Part shown: one piece after another, positions 51,462 through 59,710 of the stretch
Layout: the number at the start of each line of letters is the position of its first letter
Position numbering within the stretch: the stretch's first letter is position 1
Assembly: GCA_963706445.1 (NCBI GenBank)
Contig: OY970160.1
Location: 1,632,001-1,696,000, forward strand
Direction of reading: 5' to 3'
Length of the DNA: 64,000 nt
Origin: an uncultured Nitrososphaerales archaeon
GTDB taxonomy: Archaea; Thermoproteota; Nitrososphaeria; Nitrososphaerales; Gagatemarchaeaceae
Notes under the pieces: model-generated
Seen by the model: only the letters and a program-made list of their open reading frames with translations
Database searches by the model: none
What the model was told of the DNA's origin: nothing
Position numbers and translations under genes: made by a program

Positions 51462-52481
51462 TCAAACGGTCTTGGTAGGTCTCTCCTTGAGGATTCCCTC
51501 TGGTCTGAGGAAGATAATCGCGATGATTAGAAATCCCGGAAGCAGGTAATTCAACCACACCGTGTCGAATGGTATGTAATTTTGGAACGATGGTGCGCCG
51601 ATGCTAATTGCCTTTAGCATAACCCAAAAGACGATGGTCCCGACAAGCGTGCCTCGGATATTCGCCAGTCCACCGAGGATGATTATGAGGAATGGATAGA
51701 AGGTCCATTGCAGCGGATTAAACGAATAGGGGTTGAAGCTCAGGGTGTAGAAGGAGTAGAGCGCCCCCGCGATAGCTGCGATTGCCGAGGCGAGGATGAG
51801 CACATTCCGCCGGATCCCAACAACGTCCTTCCCAAGGGCCTCGGCGGCGACGGGGTTGTCTCGAAGAGCTCTTAGCACCCTGCCGGTTGGGGAGGTGCTG
51901 ATCCTACTGATCAACAGGTACGCAAGGACGGCGGTTATGGCCATTACCACCATGCTTGCGTAGTAGGAGTTGCCGGTCCAAGCGTATGGGTCGGGGATCG
52001 AGATCCCGTTCTGCCCGCCCGCCAGGGGGGAGTAGTTTATGAGAAACACTTGGACGAAGACGGAAAGGACGAACAGGAGCATCGCAAGATAGTCCTCTCT
52101 TAGCCGGATTGCAGGAAAGGACATGACGAATCCAAGAGCTCCGCCGACCACGGCGGCAATGATGACTGCGCAGAAGAAAATAGCCAATGATACTGGTATG
52201 TTCCCTTGCAGGATTGTGGTAATCTGCGGCGCTACCACAGTGTTATTTGCCAAGAATCCCCCTGGGATAGTCATGCCCAAGAGGTAAACCGCGAGCCTTC
52301 CGGCGACACCTCCGCAGATGGCAGCCCCAGCAGTTACAAAGAGTACCTTGCCGAAATCAGGAACCCCGGAAAATCCGTATTCCAAATTGAGGCTCAGGCT
52401 GATAATTAGGTAGAGCGCCGCAGTAGTAATGAAGTCTACCAGGAGCAGCCCTGCATCTAGGCCAAAGATCATTATTGCCAA
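51462..52481 (-). CDS. livM: Branched-chain amino acid ABC transporter permease
   Basis: SLNLEYGFSG..DFG, RLREDYLA, S.TGRVLRALRDN..AAEALG, ILGG. Confidence 0.92.
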   Translation of the reverse strand: MAIMIFGLDAGLLLVDFITTAALYLIISLSLNLEYGFSGVPDFGKVLFVTAGAAICGGVAGRLAVYLLGMTIPGGFLANNTVVAPQITTILQGNIPVSLAIFFCAVIIAAVVGGALGFVMSFPAIRLREDYLAMLLFVLSVFVQVFLINYSPLAGGQNGISIPDPYAWTGNSYYASMVVMAITAVLAYLLISRISTSPTGRVLRALRDNPVAAEALGKDVVGIRRNVLILASAIAAIAGALYSFYTLSFNPYSFNPLQWTFYPFLIIILGGLANIRGTLVGTIVFWVMLKAISIGAPSFQNYIPFDTVWLNYLLPGFLIIAIIFLRPEGILKERPTKTV

Positions 52482-53411
52482 TTATGTCTTCCTCTTTGCG
52501 ACTCCCTTGCTCAGGCTGATTGATGTTATTCCCGCCGGCAAGAATAGAAGCACACCAACCATGATCAAGATTGGAACGGCAGCCTGGTACGAAAGAACCC
52601 AAGGCCCAAGAATGCTGCCAAGGTATGATGTCACTACAATCTGGCTTGTTCCTATCACCATTCCTCCAACAACTGCGCCGTAGATGCTGGTGAGGCCCCC
52701 GAGGATGCTGGCGGCAAAAATGGAAATGATGAACGAATTCGCGAAGTTAGGGCCCACGGGGAGGTAAAACACGATCAGGGAGCCGGCGAGGCCTGCCAGT
52801 GCCCCGCCAATCAGCCATGAAATAGTATAAACTCGGTCAACCTTGATTCCAATGGTTTCTGCGAGGCTCGGCTTCTCGACTGAGGCCGTCATCGCTAGAC
52901 CGAAGTTAGTCTTGCTGAGAAGGAGATAGATTGAAACAACGGTACCGATCAAGCACACCAACGACACAATCATCACTCCGGAGATGCCTGACATTGAGAA
53001 GTCTAATCGGGACAGCAGAAAGAAATCCGCGTCACCGAAGCGATAAACATTGGTCAGTACATCTCCTATTATTCCGAAGAACCCAATGAAGAGGAGATTG
53101 ATCGCGAGCGTCACTATCATAAGCGCAATCGTCGGAGCTCCACGATTTGCCAACGGACGCAGAACCACCCGGTAGACGAATACCGCAACCGCTCCACACA
53201 CAACGGCAGTAAGCGGAATCGAATAGTACGGGTTCACATTATAGAATTTGAAGAGGATATAGCCCAGGTAGGCACCAAGAGTTACGAAATTCCCATGGGC
53301 GAAGTTTGGAATTTTGGTAGTAAGGTAGGTAAGGGTCAGCCCGGTTGCCATCATTGACAATAGAACTCCGTACAGGAGTGCATTGGTAAAAATGCCGGGA
53401 GCTAGGGCCAT
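52482..53411 (-). CDS. livH: Branched-chain amino acid ABC transporter permease
   Basis: GLTLTY...NFAHG, T.FG.AM.A......LAE..GI, ILGGL.S..GA. Confidence 0.92.
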   Translation of the reverse strand: MALAPGIFTNALLYGVLLSMMATGLTLTYLTTKIPNFAHGNFVTLGAYLGYILFKFYNVNPYYSIPLTAVVCGAVAVFVYRVVLRPLANRGAPTIALMIVTLAINLLFIGFFGIIGDVLTNVYRFGDADFFLLSRLDFSMSGISGVMIVSLVCLIGTVVSIYLLLSKTNFGLAMTASVEKPSLAETIGIKVDRVYTISWLIGGALAGLAGSLIVFYLPVGPNFANSFIISIFAASILGGLTSIYGAVVGGMVIGTSQIVVTSYLGSILGPWVLSYQAAVPILIMVGVLLFLPAGITSISLSKGVAKRKT

Positions 53412-53449
53412 GGTGTCCGAACACGATTGTGGCCGGAGAAGCTATGATC

Positions 53450-54805
53450 CTAGCCCGTGCTATTTGTGAGGGTGATTTGCTGTGTTGAAGCGTCCCAGTA
53501 TCCGATTGGAACCCATGCCAGCGTCCCGTTCACCATTTGGACACCGAAGTCTCCGTAGTTTGTTGCTGTCCTGTCTCCGTTAGCATTCATTTGGACCCAA
53601 CCTGTTACTCCGAAGTAGTTGTCTGCGACTGTGCTGAAGCTAGCTTGGACGCACTGACCGCTATTCGACCCGCATGCTAGGATAGCGAGCGCCGCCAGCC
53701 AGATTGAGTCGTACGCAGCCAGGCCGCTGAAGATTCCGGGGACTGACCCGGTTGCAGTTACGAAACGATTGTAGAATTGTGTGTACTTGGTTGAAGCTGC
53801 TGGCGCTGGCTGGAAGCCCGAAAGCTTCACCGTCAAGGCATTGTTACCAGCGGTAGTCAACAGGTCTGTGCTTGAGACTTGGTTGGTGAACCATGGCACT
53901 GTCAGTAGTGACCCGAAGGTGGATGCTTGGGATAGTGCGACTCCGATTTCAGCGTCACCAAGTGCCAAGATCGCAACATGGCTATTTCCGTACGTCGCTT
54001 GGGCTGCGCTCAGGTCGCTCTGCATCTGTCCGAGTTGGCTCGTGAAGTCGTAGCTTCCAGTGCTGATTGGAGTGTATTGTACCACGTCATAGGTACCACC
54101 GTCTGTAGTATATGGCGCCTCGAACGAGGCAGCTAGGCCAGTTCCGAATGGATCGTTCCTAACGAGAAGGACTGCGTGTGTGTATCCGGCCTGCGTAAGC
54201 GCAGATGCGAATGGAACCCCTTCAACATTGTCGGGGGGAACAATTCTGAACAGATCCCCGAGGGTTCTGTTGTCGATTGAAGTCCCTGTAGACGCTGTGC
54301 TAATCAGGACCAAGTTATTGGCTGTCGCGTATGAGAGTACGTTTGTTGCAATTCCAGTGGTCATCAAACCGACGTAGATCTTGATGCCCTGTGCGGCCAT
54401 GTTCTGAATGTCAGTGAGGGCCGTCGCAGGATCCGTCGCGTCGTCTTGGATGTTGAGTGCGAAACGGGTTGACGATCCCTGAGTGGCTAGCCATGCGTTG
54501 ACATCGCTCAGGGCCATGTTAACCGCTGATTTGGACAGCTGGCCATAGTCGGCCTGGTCGCCAGTCAAGTCGAGGATGGCCCCAATGGTAACTGTCCCCA
54601 ATGATGATCCCGCACCCGTCACTGTAGTTGTTATGGTGCTCGTCGCGCCTCCAATCGTGGTAGTGATGGTGCTTCCTCCTCCGACTGTAGTTGTAATAGT
54701 ACTAGTTGAGGTAGTTGTCGTACTAGGGAAGGCTGCATAGACAACGGCTGCACCGATGAGAAGACCGATGATTACTGAGACACCTATTGTGACTCCTGTT
54801 TTCAT
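53450..54805 (-). CDS. LivJ/LivK-like substrate-binding protein, membrane-anchored
   Basis: N-terminal TM, Thr-rich repeats, IGAILDLTG, FRIVPPD, AYDS, GVTG....NGDR. Confidence 0.9.
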   Translation of the reverse strand: MKTGVTIGVSVIIGLLIGAAVVYAAFPSTTTTSTSTITTTVGGGSTITTTIGGATSTITTTVTGAGSSLGTVTIGAILDLTGDQADYGQLSKSAVNMALSDVNAWLATQGSSTRFALNIQDDATDPATALTDIQNMAAQGIKIYVGLMTTGIATNVLSYATANNLVLISTASTGTSIDNRTLGDLFRIVPPDNVEGVPFASALTQAGYTHAVLLVRNDPFGTGLAASFEAPYTTDGGTYDVVQYTPISTGSYDFTSQLGQMQSDLSAAQATYGNSHVAILALGDAEIGVALSQASTFGSLLTVPWFTNQVSSTDLLTTAGNNALTVKLSGFQPAPAASTKYTQFYNRFVTATGSVPGIFSGLAAYDSIWLAALAILACGSNSGQCVQASFSTVADNYFGVTGWVQMNANGDRTATNYGDFGVQMVNGTLAWVPIGYWDASTQQITLTNSTG

Positions 54806-54960
54806 CTTCGGCAGATTCTCGCTCTGACTAGGTCTTAAGGATTAGTCCTAATTCCTCGCGTTCCCGCGTTCTGAAGGGGCCAACCCATCTTCGTTCTGCG
54901 ACTCCCGCCCCCCAGATGCGGCGGCGGCTGGTTGAGGCTCTGGCTCCACGTTCAGGCGTG

Positions 54961-56163
54961 CTACACAGCGTACTTCTTGAGCGCATCCTCGTTTATTGTT
55001 ACGCCGAGTCCAGGCCCTCTTGGGACGTCGATCCGCCCTGTCCGGTCCATTTCGAAAGGTTCGTTCAGCAGGTGGGCCTTGAGCGTCGATAGTTCGGTGA
55101 AATCGCTCGCGTAGATTGCGTTCCTCGTCGATGCGGCGATGTGGGCTTTTGCAGCTATGCAGACGGCGACCTCCCCCTCCGCGCCCAGCATACAACCCAT
55201 GCCTACTGCGTCTGCAACCGCCGCGACCTTCTTGGCCTGGAGGATCCCTCCGACTTTCGGGACCTTCATGTTGATCACGTCTGCAGCCTTCCTCCGGCTG
55301 AGCTCCATGACGTCGTAGACTGTGAATGCAGCCTCGTCGGCGTTAATGGCCACTCCTGTTTGGCTTCGGATTTCCGCCATCCCGTCCAAGTTCCAGGCGG
55401 GGATTGGTTGTTCGAGGTACTCGAAGTTCAGCCCGCTCAGGTACTTGCATGCTCGCTTCGACTCGGCCACGGTCCAATGGGTGTTCGGGTCCACCCTGAG
55501 CTTGACTTCGTCGCCAACCGCATCCCTGATCGCCTTGATTCTTCGAAGGTCCTCTTCAATACCCCCATGTCCCGCCTTGATTTTGACGACGGTGAGGCCT
55601 CTCCGCACCCAGTCAGCCGCCTCCTCTGCCATCTCCTCGGGGCTCCGCATGCCTATCTCAATGGCAATTGGGATCTTCTCGAAGACCAAGCCACCTATGA
55701 GGTTGTGGACGGGCTGATTGACGGCCTTCCCCATGATGTCGTACAGCGCCATGTCAACCCCGGTCTTCGCGCAGGGCGTTCGAGTGCTGGCTGCCTCCAT
55801 CAGGTCGTAGATGTACTGTATCCGGAATGGGTCTTTTCCAATCAGGAGGGGGGTGAAGATATTTCGAATGGTGGAGTTGACCGAGTCGAGCGACTCCCCA
55901 TAGAGTTCGGGATAGTTAGCGTGGGCCTCTCCATACCCGACTATTTTCTCGTCAGTCTCAATCCGTACGATGACAGCTCTGTACACTTTGAACTGACCGT
56001 ACGCGTCTCTGTAACTTATTGTGGGAACAGAGACTGGCGTTGTCTCGACTTTGGTGATTTTCAAAATTCTAGAACCTGTATTGCCCTCGGGTCCGAGGCG
56101 TATATTTACGTCGTTTCTTTCCGGAGAAGGGGACACCAGAGTCGAAAACGACTCGCTAGCCAA
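54961..56163 (-). CDS. Enolase superfamily, MLE subgroup (muconate cycloisomerase/dipeptide epimerase-like)
   Basis: KIK, VDPN, EQP, ADE, MKVPK.GG, PGLGV. Confidence 0.9.
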   Translation of the reverse strand: MASESFSTLVSPSPERNDVNIRLGPEGNTGSRILKITKVETTPVSVPTISYRDAYGQFKVYRAVIVRIETDEKIVGYGEAHANYPELYGESLDSVNSTIRNIFTPLLIGKDPFRIQYIYDLMEAASTRTPCAKTGVDMALYDIMGKAVNQPVHNLIGGLVFEKIPIAIEIGMRSPEEMAEEAADWVRRGLTVVKIKAGHGGIEEDLRRIKAIRDAVGDEVKLRVDPNTHWTVAESKRACKYLSGLNFEYLEQPIPAWNLDGMAEIRSQTGVAINADEAAFTVYDVMELSRRKAADVINMKVPKVGGILQAKKVAAVADAVGMGCMLGAEGEVAVCIAAKAHIAASTRNAIYASDFTELSTLKAHLLNEPFEMDRTGRIDVPRGPGLGVTINEDALKKYAV

Positions 56164-56256
56164 GGAGTTGAATCACGACACGAGCCGGCGTTATCTCTGC
56201 TCGGTCGGGGAGACACGGTCACTTCATGGGGGGAGCGTCTTGAAAGTTGAAGTATC

Positions 56257-57087
56257 GTGGCCTCCGACCAAGCGGATGAGGTAGGAGCCTACCAGGCGAG
56301 GTGCTTGAAGGGGTATACCCATTTCCTGACTCCGAATGGCAGGGGGTCGATTCTTTCGGAAGGGCCGTGGTACTACGGCGTAAACTACCTTGCAGCCTAT
56401 TTCGTGGGCGACAAAAGCAAGATGTCAGAACTCCTTCCCCCTCCGCTAAGGGTTGGGGACGGCACGGCACTGGCATATGTGGCTGAATTCGTTTCAGCAG
56501 GCGCTCCAGACCTCGAGAATGACTACCTGGACCCGGCCCAGACTGTCTACAACGAAGCCGCAGTCGGCGTTTTGTGCACATACAAAGAGCGTAAAGGCGT
56601 CTATTTCCCTTTCATGTGGGTCGACAGGGACTGGTCAATGATACGAGGCTGGCTGCTCGGGTATCCGAAGAAGATAGCGGAAGACATTCAGATGACGAGG
56701 ACCCATCCGTTGAACCGTCTTGCGGCGTCCTTCGGGGAAGGCATGGGTCTTATGGGGTATTGCACACGCCATGGGAAGAGCCTTGTCGAGATTGGTCTGA
56801 CGATCAAAAAGCGGGGGGACAAGAAGGATGTATTCGACCTGGGAGCGGCCTACGGCCTGAGGCATTTCCCTGGCGTAGGGAAGAAGGGGACGCCGGTCAA
56901 CGAGGTCGTTGAAATCGTCAAGAGCGGATTCAGGATTGGCAAGGAGGTGTGGGTGGGGGACGTGGCATTGAAGTTTGGGCATTCGCTGAACGAAGAGTTG
57001 GGGTTCTTTCAGCCCGTTAGGTTACTCTATGGCTGTAGCTATAGCACGGGCTTCGCTAACTTGGCAGTCAAGGTCCTCGCATCTTAG
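56257..57087 (+). CDS. Acetoacetate decarboxylase-like superfamily protein
   Basis: LLPPPL, YNEA, WVD, RGW..GYPKK (Schiff-base Lys motif). Confidence 0.85.
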   Translation: MASDQADEVGAYQARCLKGYTHFLTPNGRGSILSEGPWYYGVNYLAAYFVGDKSKMSELLPPPLRVGDGTALAYVAEFVSAGAPDLENDYLDPAQTVYNEAAVGVLCTYKERKGVYFPFMWVDRDWSMIRGWLLGYPKKIAEDIQMTRTHPLNRLAASFGEGMGLMGYCTRHGKSLVEIGLTIKKRGDKKDVFDLGAAYGLRHFPGVGKKGTPVNEVVEIVKSGFRIGKEVWVGDVALKFGHSLNEELGFFQPVRLLYGCSYSTGFANLAVKVLAS

Positions 57088-57104
57088 GTCGCGGGCATTC
57101 AAGC

Positions 57105-58370
57105 ATGTTACGAATTACGCCGGCCTACTCCGATGTCCTGAGGAGAATTTCGAACGCGGACGTCTCATTTGTCCTTGGGAGGCTTGTGAAGATTTCCAGC
57201 CAGTGCTACAAGAAGGAAGAAGGGAAATGTTGTCTGGCAGTAAGAGATATCCTCGAGGGCTGGGGAATCAGGTCCAAGCTTCAACCTGTTGACAAGCCCT
57301 CTTACAGAAGGTACAATGTGATAGCCGCTCTGAAGGGAATCGAGGAGAAGCCGAGGCTCTTGTTCAATTGCCACGTGGATACTGTCCCCACCGAAGGCAT
57401 GGAATTCAATCCCCTAAGAGGAATAGTGAAACATGGAAGGGTCTACGGGCGGGGAGCGAGCGACGATAAGTCAGGAATTGCTACAGGCATGGTTTCGCTG
57501 AAAGCATTGTCTGAGGCCGGTTTCCCGCTGAAGGGAAATTTTATCTTCGCAGCAGTCTCGGACGAGAACGGGCAGGCGCTCGGTGTGAAAACCATGCTGA
57601 AGCGCGGCCTGACAGCGGACTGGGGAATCGTGGCGGAGCCCACCGCCAATCGCGTCGTGATAGCTCATAGGGGCAGGATTGACCTGGTGGTGACAGTGAG
57701 GGGAAAAGCCGGGCATTCGGGGTCGCCAGGATCTGGGGTCAACGCCATTGTCAAGATGGCATCACTCATCGGAACCATCGAGAAGGAGCTTCCGAGATAC
57801 CTCGCAAGGAAGAGTTTCGCAAGGATGCCTGAAATGAGACCGAGTTTCAACGTCTCGGTGATTCAGGGCGGCCTAGTGCAGAACATCATCCCAAGCGAAT
57901 GCAAGGTCATCATTGACAGAAGGATTATCCCCGGGGAGACGCATGAGGAAGCGTTCAACGAAGTGAAGGAAATTGTTCGTGAGGCGACCGAGAAGGACAG
58001 AGACCTTCGTGCCGAGGTCAAGGTTTTTGAAAAGCCTGACCAGTTTCCCAACTGCCCCGAGCACACTCCGATCAAACCGATGCCCCCTTACGAAGGAAGG
58101 AAGATGCCTTTGGATCTGGCGCCAAACGCAAGAATCGCCGAAGTGGCCAGAGCAGCTTGCGAGTCAGTCCTGAGAAAAGACAACGGATTCTCGATGTACC
58201 CCGGTCATACCGCAGCTGAGGTTCTAACCCATACGGGCGGAATCCCAAGCATAGTCCTCGGCCCCGGGGAGCCTGACAAGTCCTTTGCGCCGGACGAATC
58301 TGTGAGAATTCGGGATGTAACCCGAGGGGCGAAAATTGTTTCGCTCATTGCCATGAAGCTGCTTTCCTGA
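57105..58370 (+). CDS. M20 DapE/ArgE-like hydrolase lacking one metal site
   Basis: NCHVDT, GRGASDDK, DEN (for DEE), AEPT, H.G.P..GVNAI, GPG....F.PDE (H to F). Confidence 0.85.
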   Translation: MLRITPAYSDVLRRISNADVSFVLGRLVKISSQCYKKEEGKCCLAVRDILEGWGIRSKLQPVDKPSYRRYNVIAALKGIEEKPRLLFNCHVDTVPTEGMEFNPLRGIVKHGRVYGRGASDDKSGIATGMVSLKALSEAGFPLKGNFIFAAVSDENGQALGVKTMLKRGLTADWGIVAEPTANRVVIAHRGRIDLVVTVRGKAGHSGSPGSGVNAIVKMASLIGTIEKELPRYLARKSFARMPEMRPSFNVSVIQGGLVQNIIPSECKVIIDRRIIPGETHEEAFNEVKEIVREATEKDRDLRAEVKVFEKPDQFPNCPEHTPIKPMPPYEGRKMPLDLAPNARIAEVARAACESVLRKDNGFSMYPGHTAAEVLTHTGGIPSIVLGPGEPDKSFAPDESVRIRDVTRGAKIVSLIAMKLLS

Positions 58371-58546
58371 ACAGCGCAGCCCACTGAGAATGAAAAACAG
58401 TCGGCAGCAGAACCGCCGAATGATCACGCCATCACGTTGGGGCCACTCAATGAGTGAAGATAGTCTCGGTTTTCACAGTTCGGCAATCGTCTAGTGAACC
58501 ATCGACAATTCACCAGGTTCTTAAGCGAAGCAGATAAACAAAGATC

Positions 58547-58681
58547 ATGGCTTCGGCGCTCCTCGCGTCGAGGAAGGTCATTCGTTGCATCTGGTGTGAT
58601 GCCCTAGTCGACGAGACAGATATGACTCAGGTTGCATATCAGACCTGTCGGAACTGTCTCTTTCCTGTCCCCACTGATTAG
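58547..58681 (+). CDS. 44-aa CxxC...CxxC zinc-finger microprotein (not in ORF track)
   Basis: MASALLASRKVIRCIWCDALVDETDMTQVAYQTCRNCLFPVPTD; TTAAG box at 58521, 26 nt before the ATG. Confidence 0.55.
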   Translation: MASALLASRKVIRCIWCDALVDETDMTQVAYQTCRNCLFPVPTD

Positions 58682-58920
58682 TTCCAGTCAATCCTTCCCA
58701 CGGTACGAATTGACTTCTGTTGACTGGCATGAACTTCGGCATTGAATTGGCGTGCCGTTGGGGTTACCAGCAAACTAAAACTAGTTCCTGTCCAACGGGC
58801 GGGAATCGAGAAATGGGAAGAGGAAACTGTGAGGGAGTCTCTTTGCAGATTCGAACTTGAGCGTCGTCGACCTACCATTGCTGAAGCATCTTTTTAGTTG
58901 ATTTCGAGAGAATCAAGCTC

Positions 58921-59421
58921 ATGCGGGTAGTCGATCTTTACGAGTATTCGTCCAGGGTTAGGCGAAGGTTTGCCGACAAGCTGGCGGAACTGGATTGGAC
59001 GGAGGTCGAAAGGAACAGGGAAGCGAGCTACTACAGCATGAAGAATATCCTGATTCACATCATAGACAACGAAGACTGGATAGTCAACTGGGTGATCAAG
59101 AACAAGTCAAGAGAGTACAGGAGGGAGAGGAAGTCCGACCAATACCTGAACATGAAGATGATTATGGATCATCTGGCCGAAGTGGAGGCTAGGACGAGGA
59201 ACTACCTGTCGAAAGCCGACGATGCGGAACTGTCCATGCGAGTCGATTTCGTGCTCTCGTCAGGGGAATCGTTTGAAATGACTGCCGAGGAGTCTCTTTT
59301 CCAGTCCTTCACAGAACAACTCTATCACATTGGAGAACTGATCGCGCTTCTATGGCAGGATAACATCGAACCCCCCAAGATGCAGTGGTTCTACAATCGA
59401 GACGGGCTTACCTCAGTCTGA
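58921..59421 (+). CDS. DinB/YfiT-like family protein
   Basis: SMKNILIHI...E..W and QSFTEQLYHIGEL motifs of the four-helix DinB fold. Confidence 0.82.
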   Translation: MRVVDLYEYSSRVRRRFADKLAELDWTEVERNREASYYSMKNILIHIIDNEDWIVNWVIKNKSREYRRERKSDQYLNMKMIMDHLAEVEARTRNYLSKADDAELSMRVDFVLSSGESFEMTAEESLFQSFTEQLYHIGELIALLWQDNIEPPKMQWFYNRDGLTSV

Positions 59422-59522
59422 TTCCTTCTCGGCAGCAACCCCCGCCTTTCGAGCCCTTTCGCCAAGACTATACTATTCGTCGATAATCAAAGGAATATTC
59501 GTCATTTGTCTTGAGATGAGTA

Positions 59523-59554
59523 GATTTGAACCCACATATGTGGACTCACATCCC
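59523..59554 (+). repeat. Copy 3 of the palindromic site (identical to copy 1 over 32 bp)
   Basis: GATTTGAACCCACATATGTGGACTCACATCCC between the convergent DinB and MFS genes. Confidence 0.9.
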
Positions 59555-59710
59555 ACCAAGAGTCTCCTGCCCTGTCATTTGGCGAGGAGGCCCGGAAGCT
59601 CCTGCATTCCTTCTCGAGAGATGTGAAAGACCACGTTCCAAAGCCCCATTTCTGTTGCCCAAATCCCACCCAGGGCCCCACTTGTAGTGTCGCGACTTTC
59701 TGTCGACCTG

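Noticed and set aside
55141-56250. Long antisense ORFs (369 aa here; also 11629-12477, 13459-14241, 32729-33409 and 62662-63456)
   Set aside because: They are shadows of well-supported genes on the opposite strand in GC-rich sequence and carry no motifs
22363-59554. Repeats as a CRISPR array
   Set aside because: Only three copies, 1.7 kb and 35 kb apart; no spacer periodicity and no cas genes
59640-59680. Complete tRNA gene
   Set aside because: Only a 3'-end-like fragment is present; there is no matching 5' acceptor strand, D arm or anticodon arm upstream
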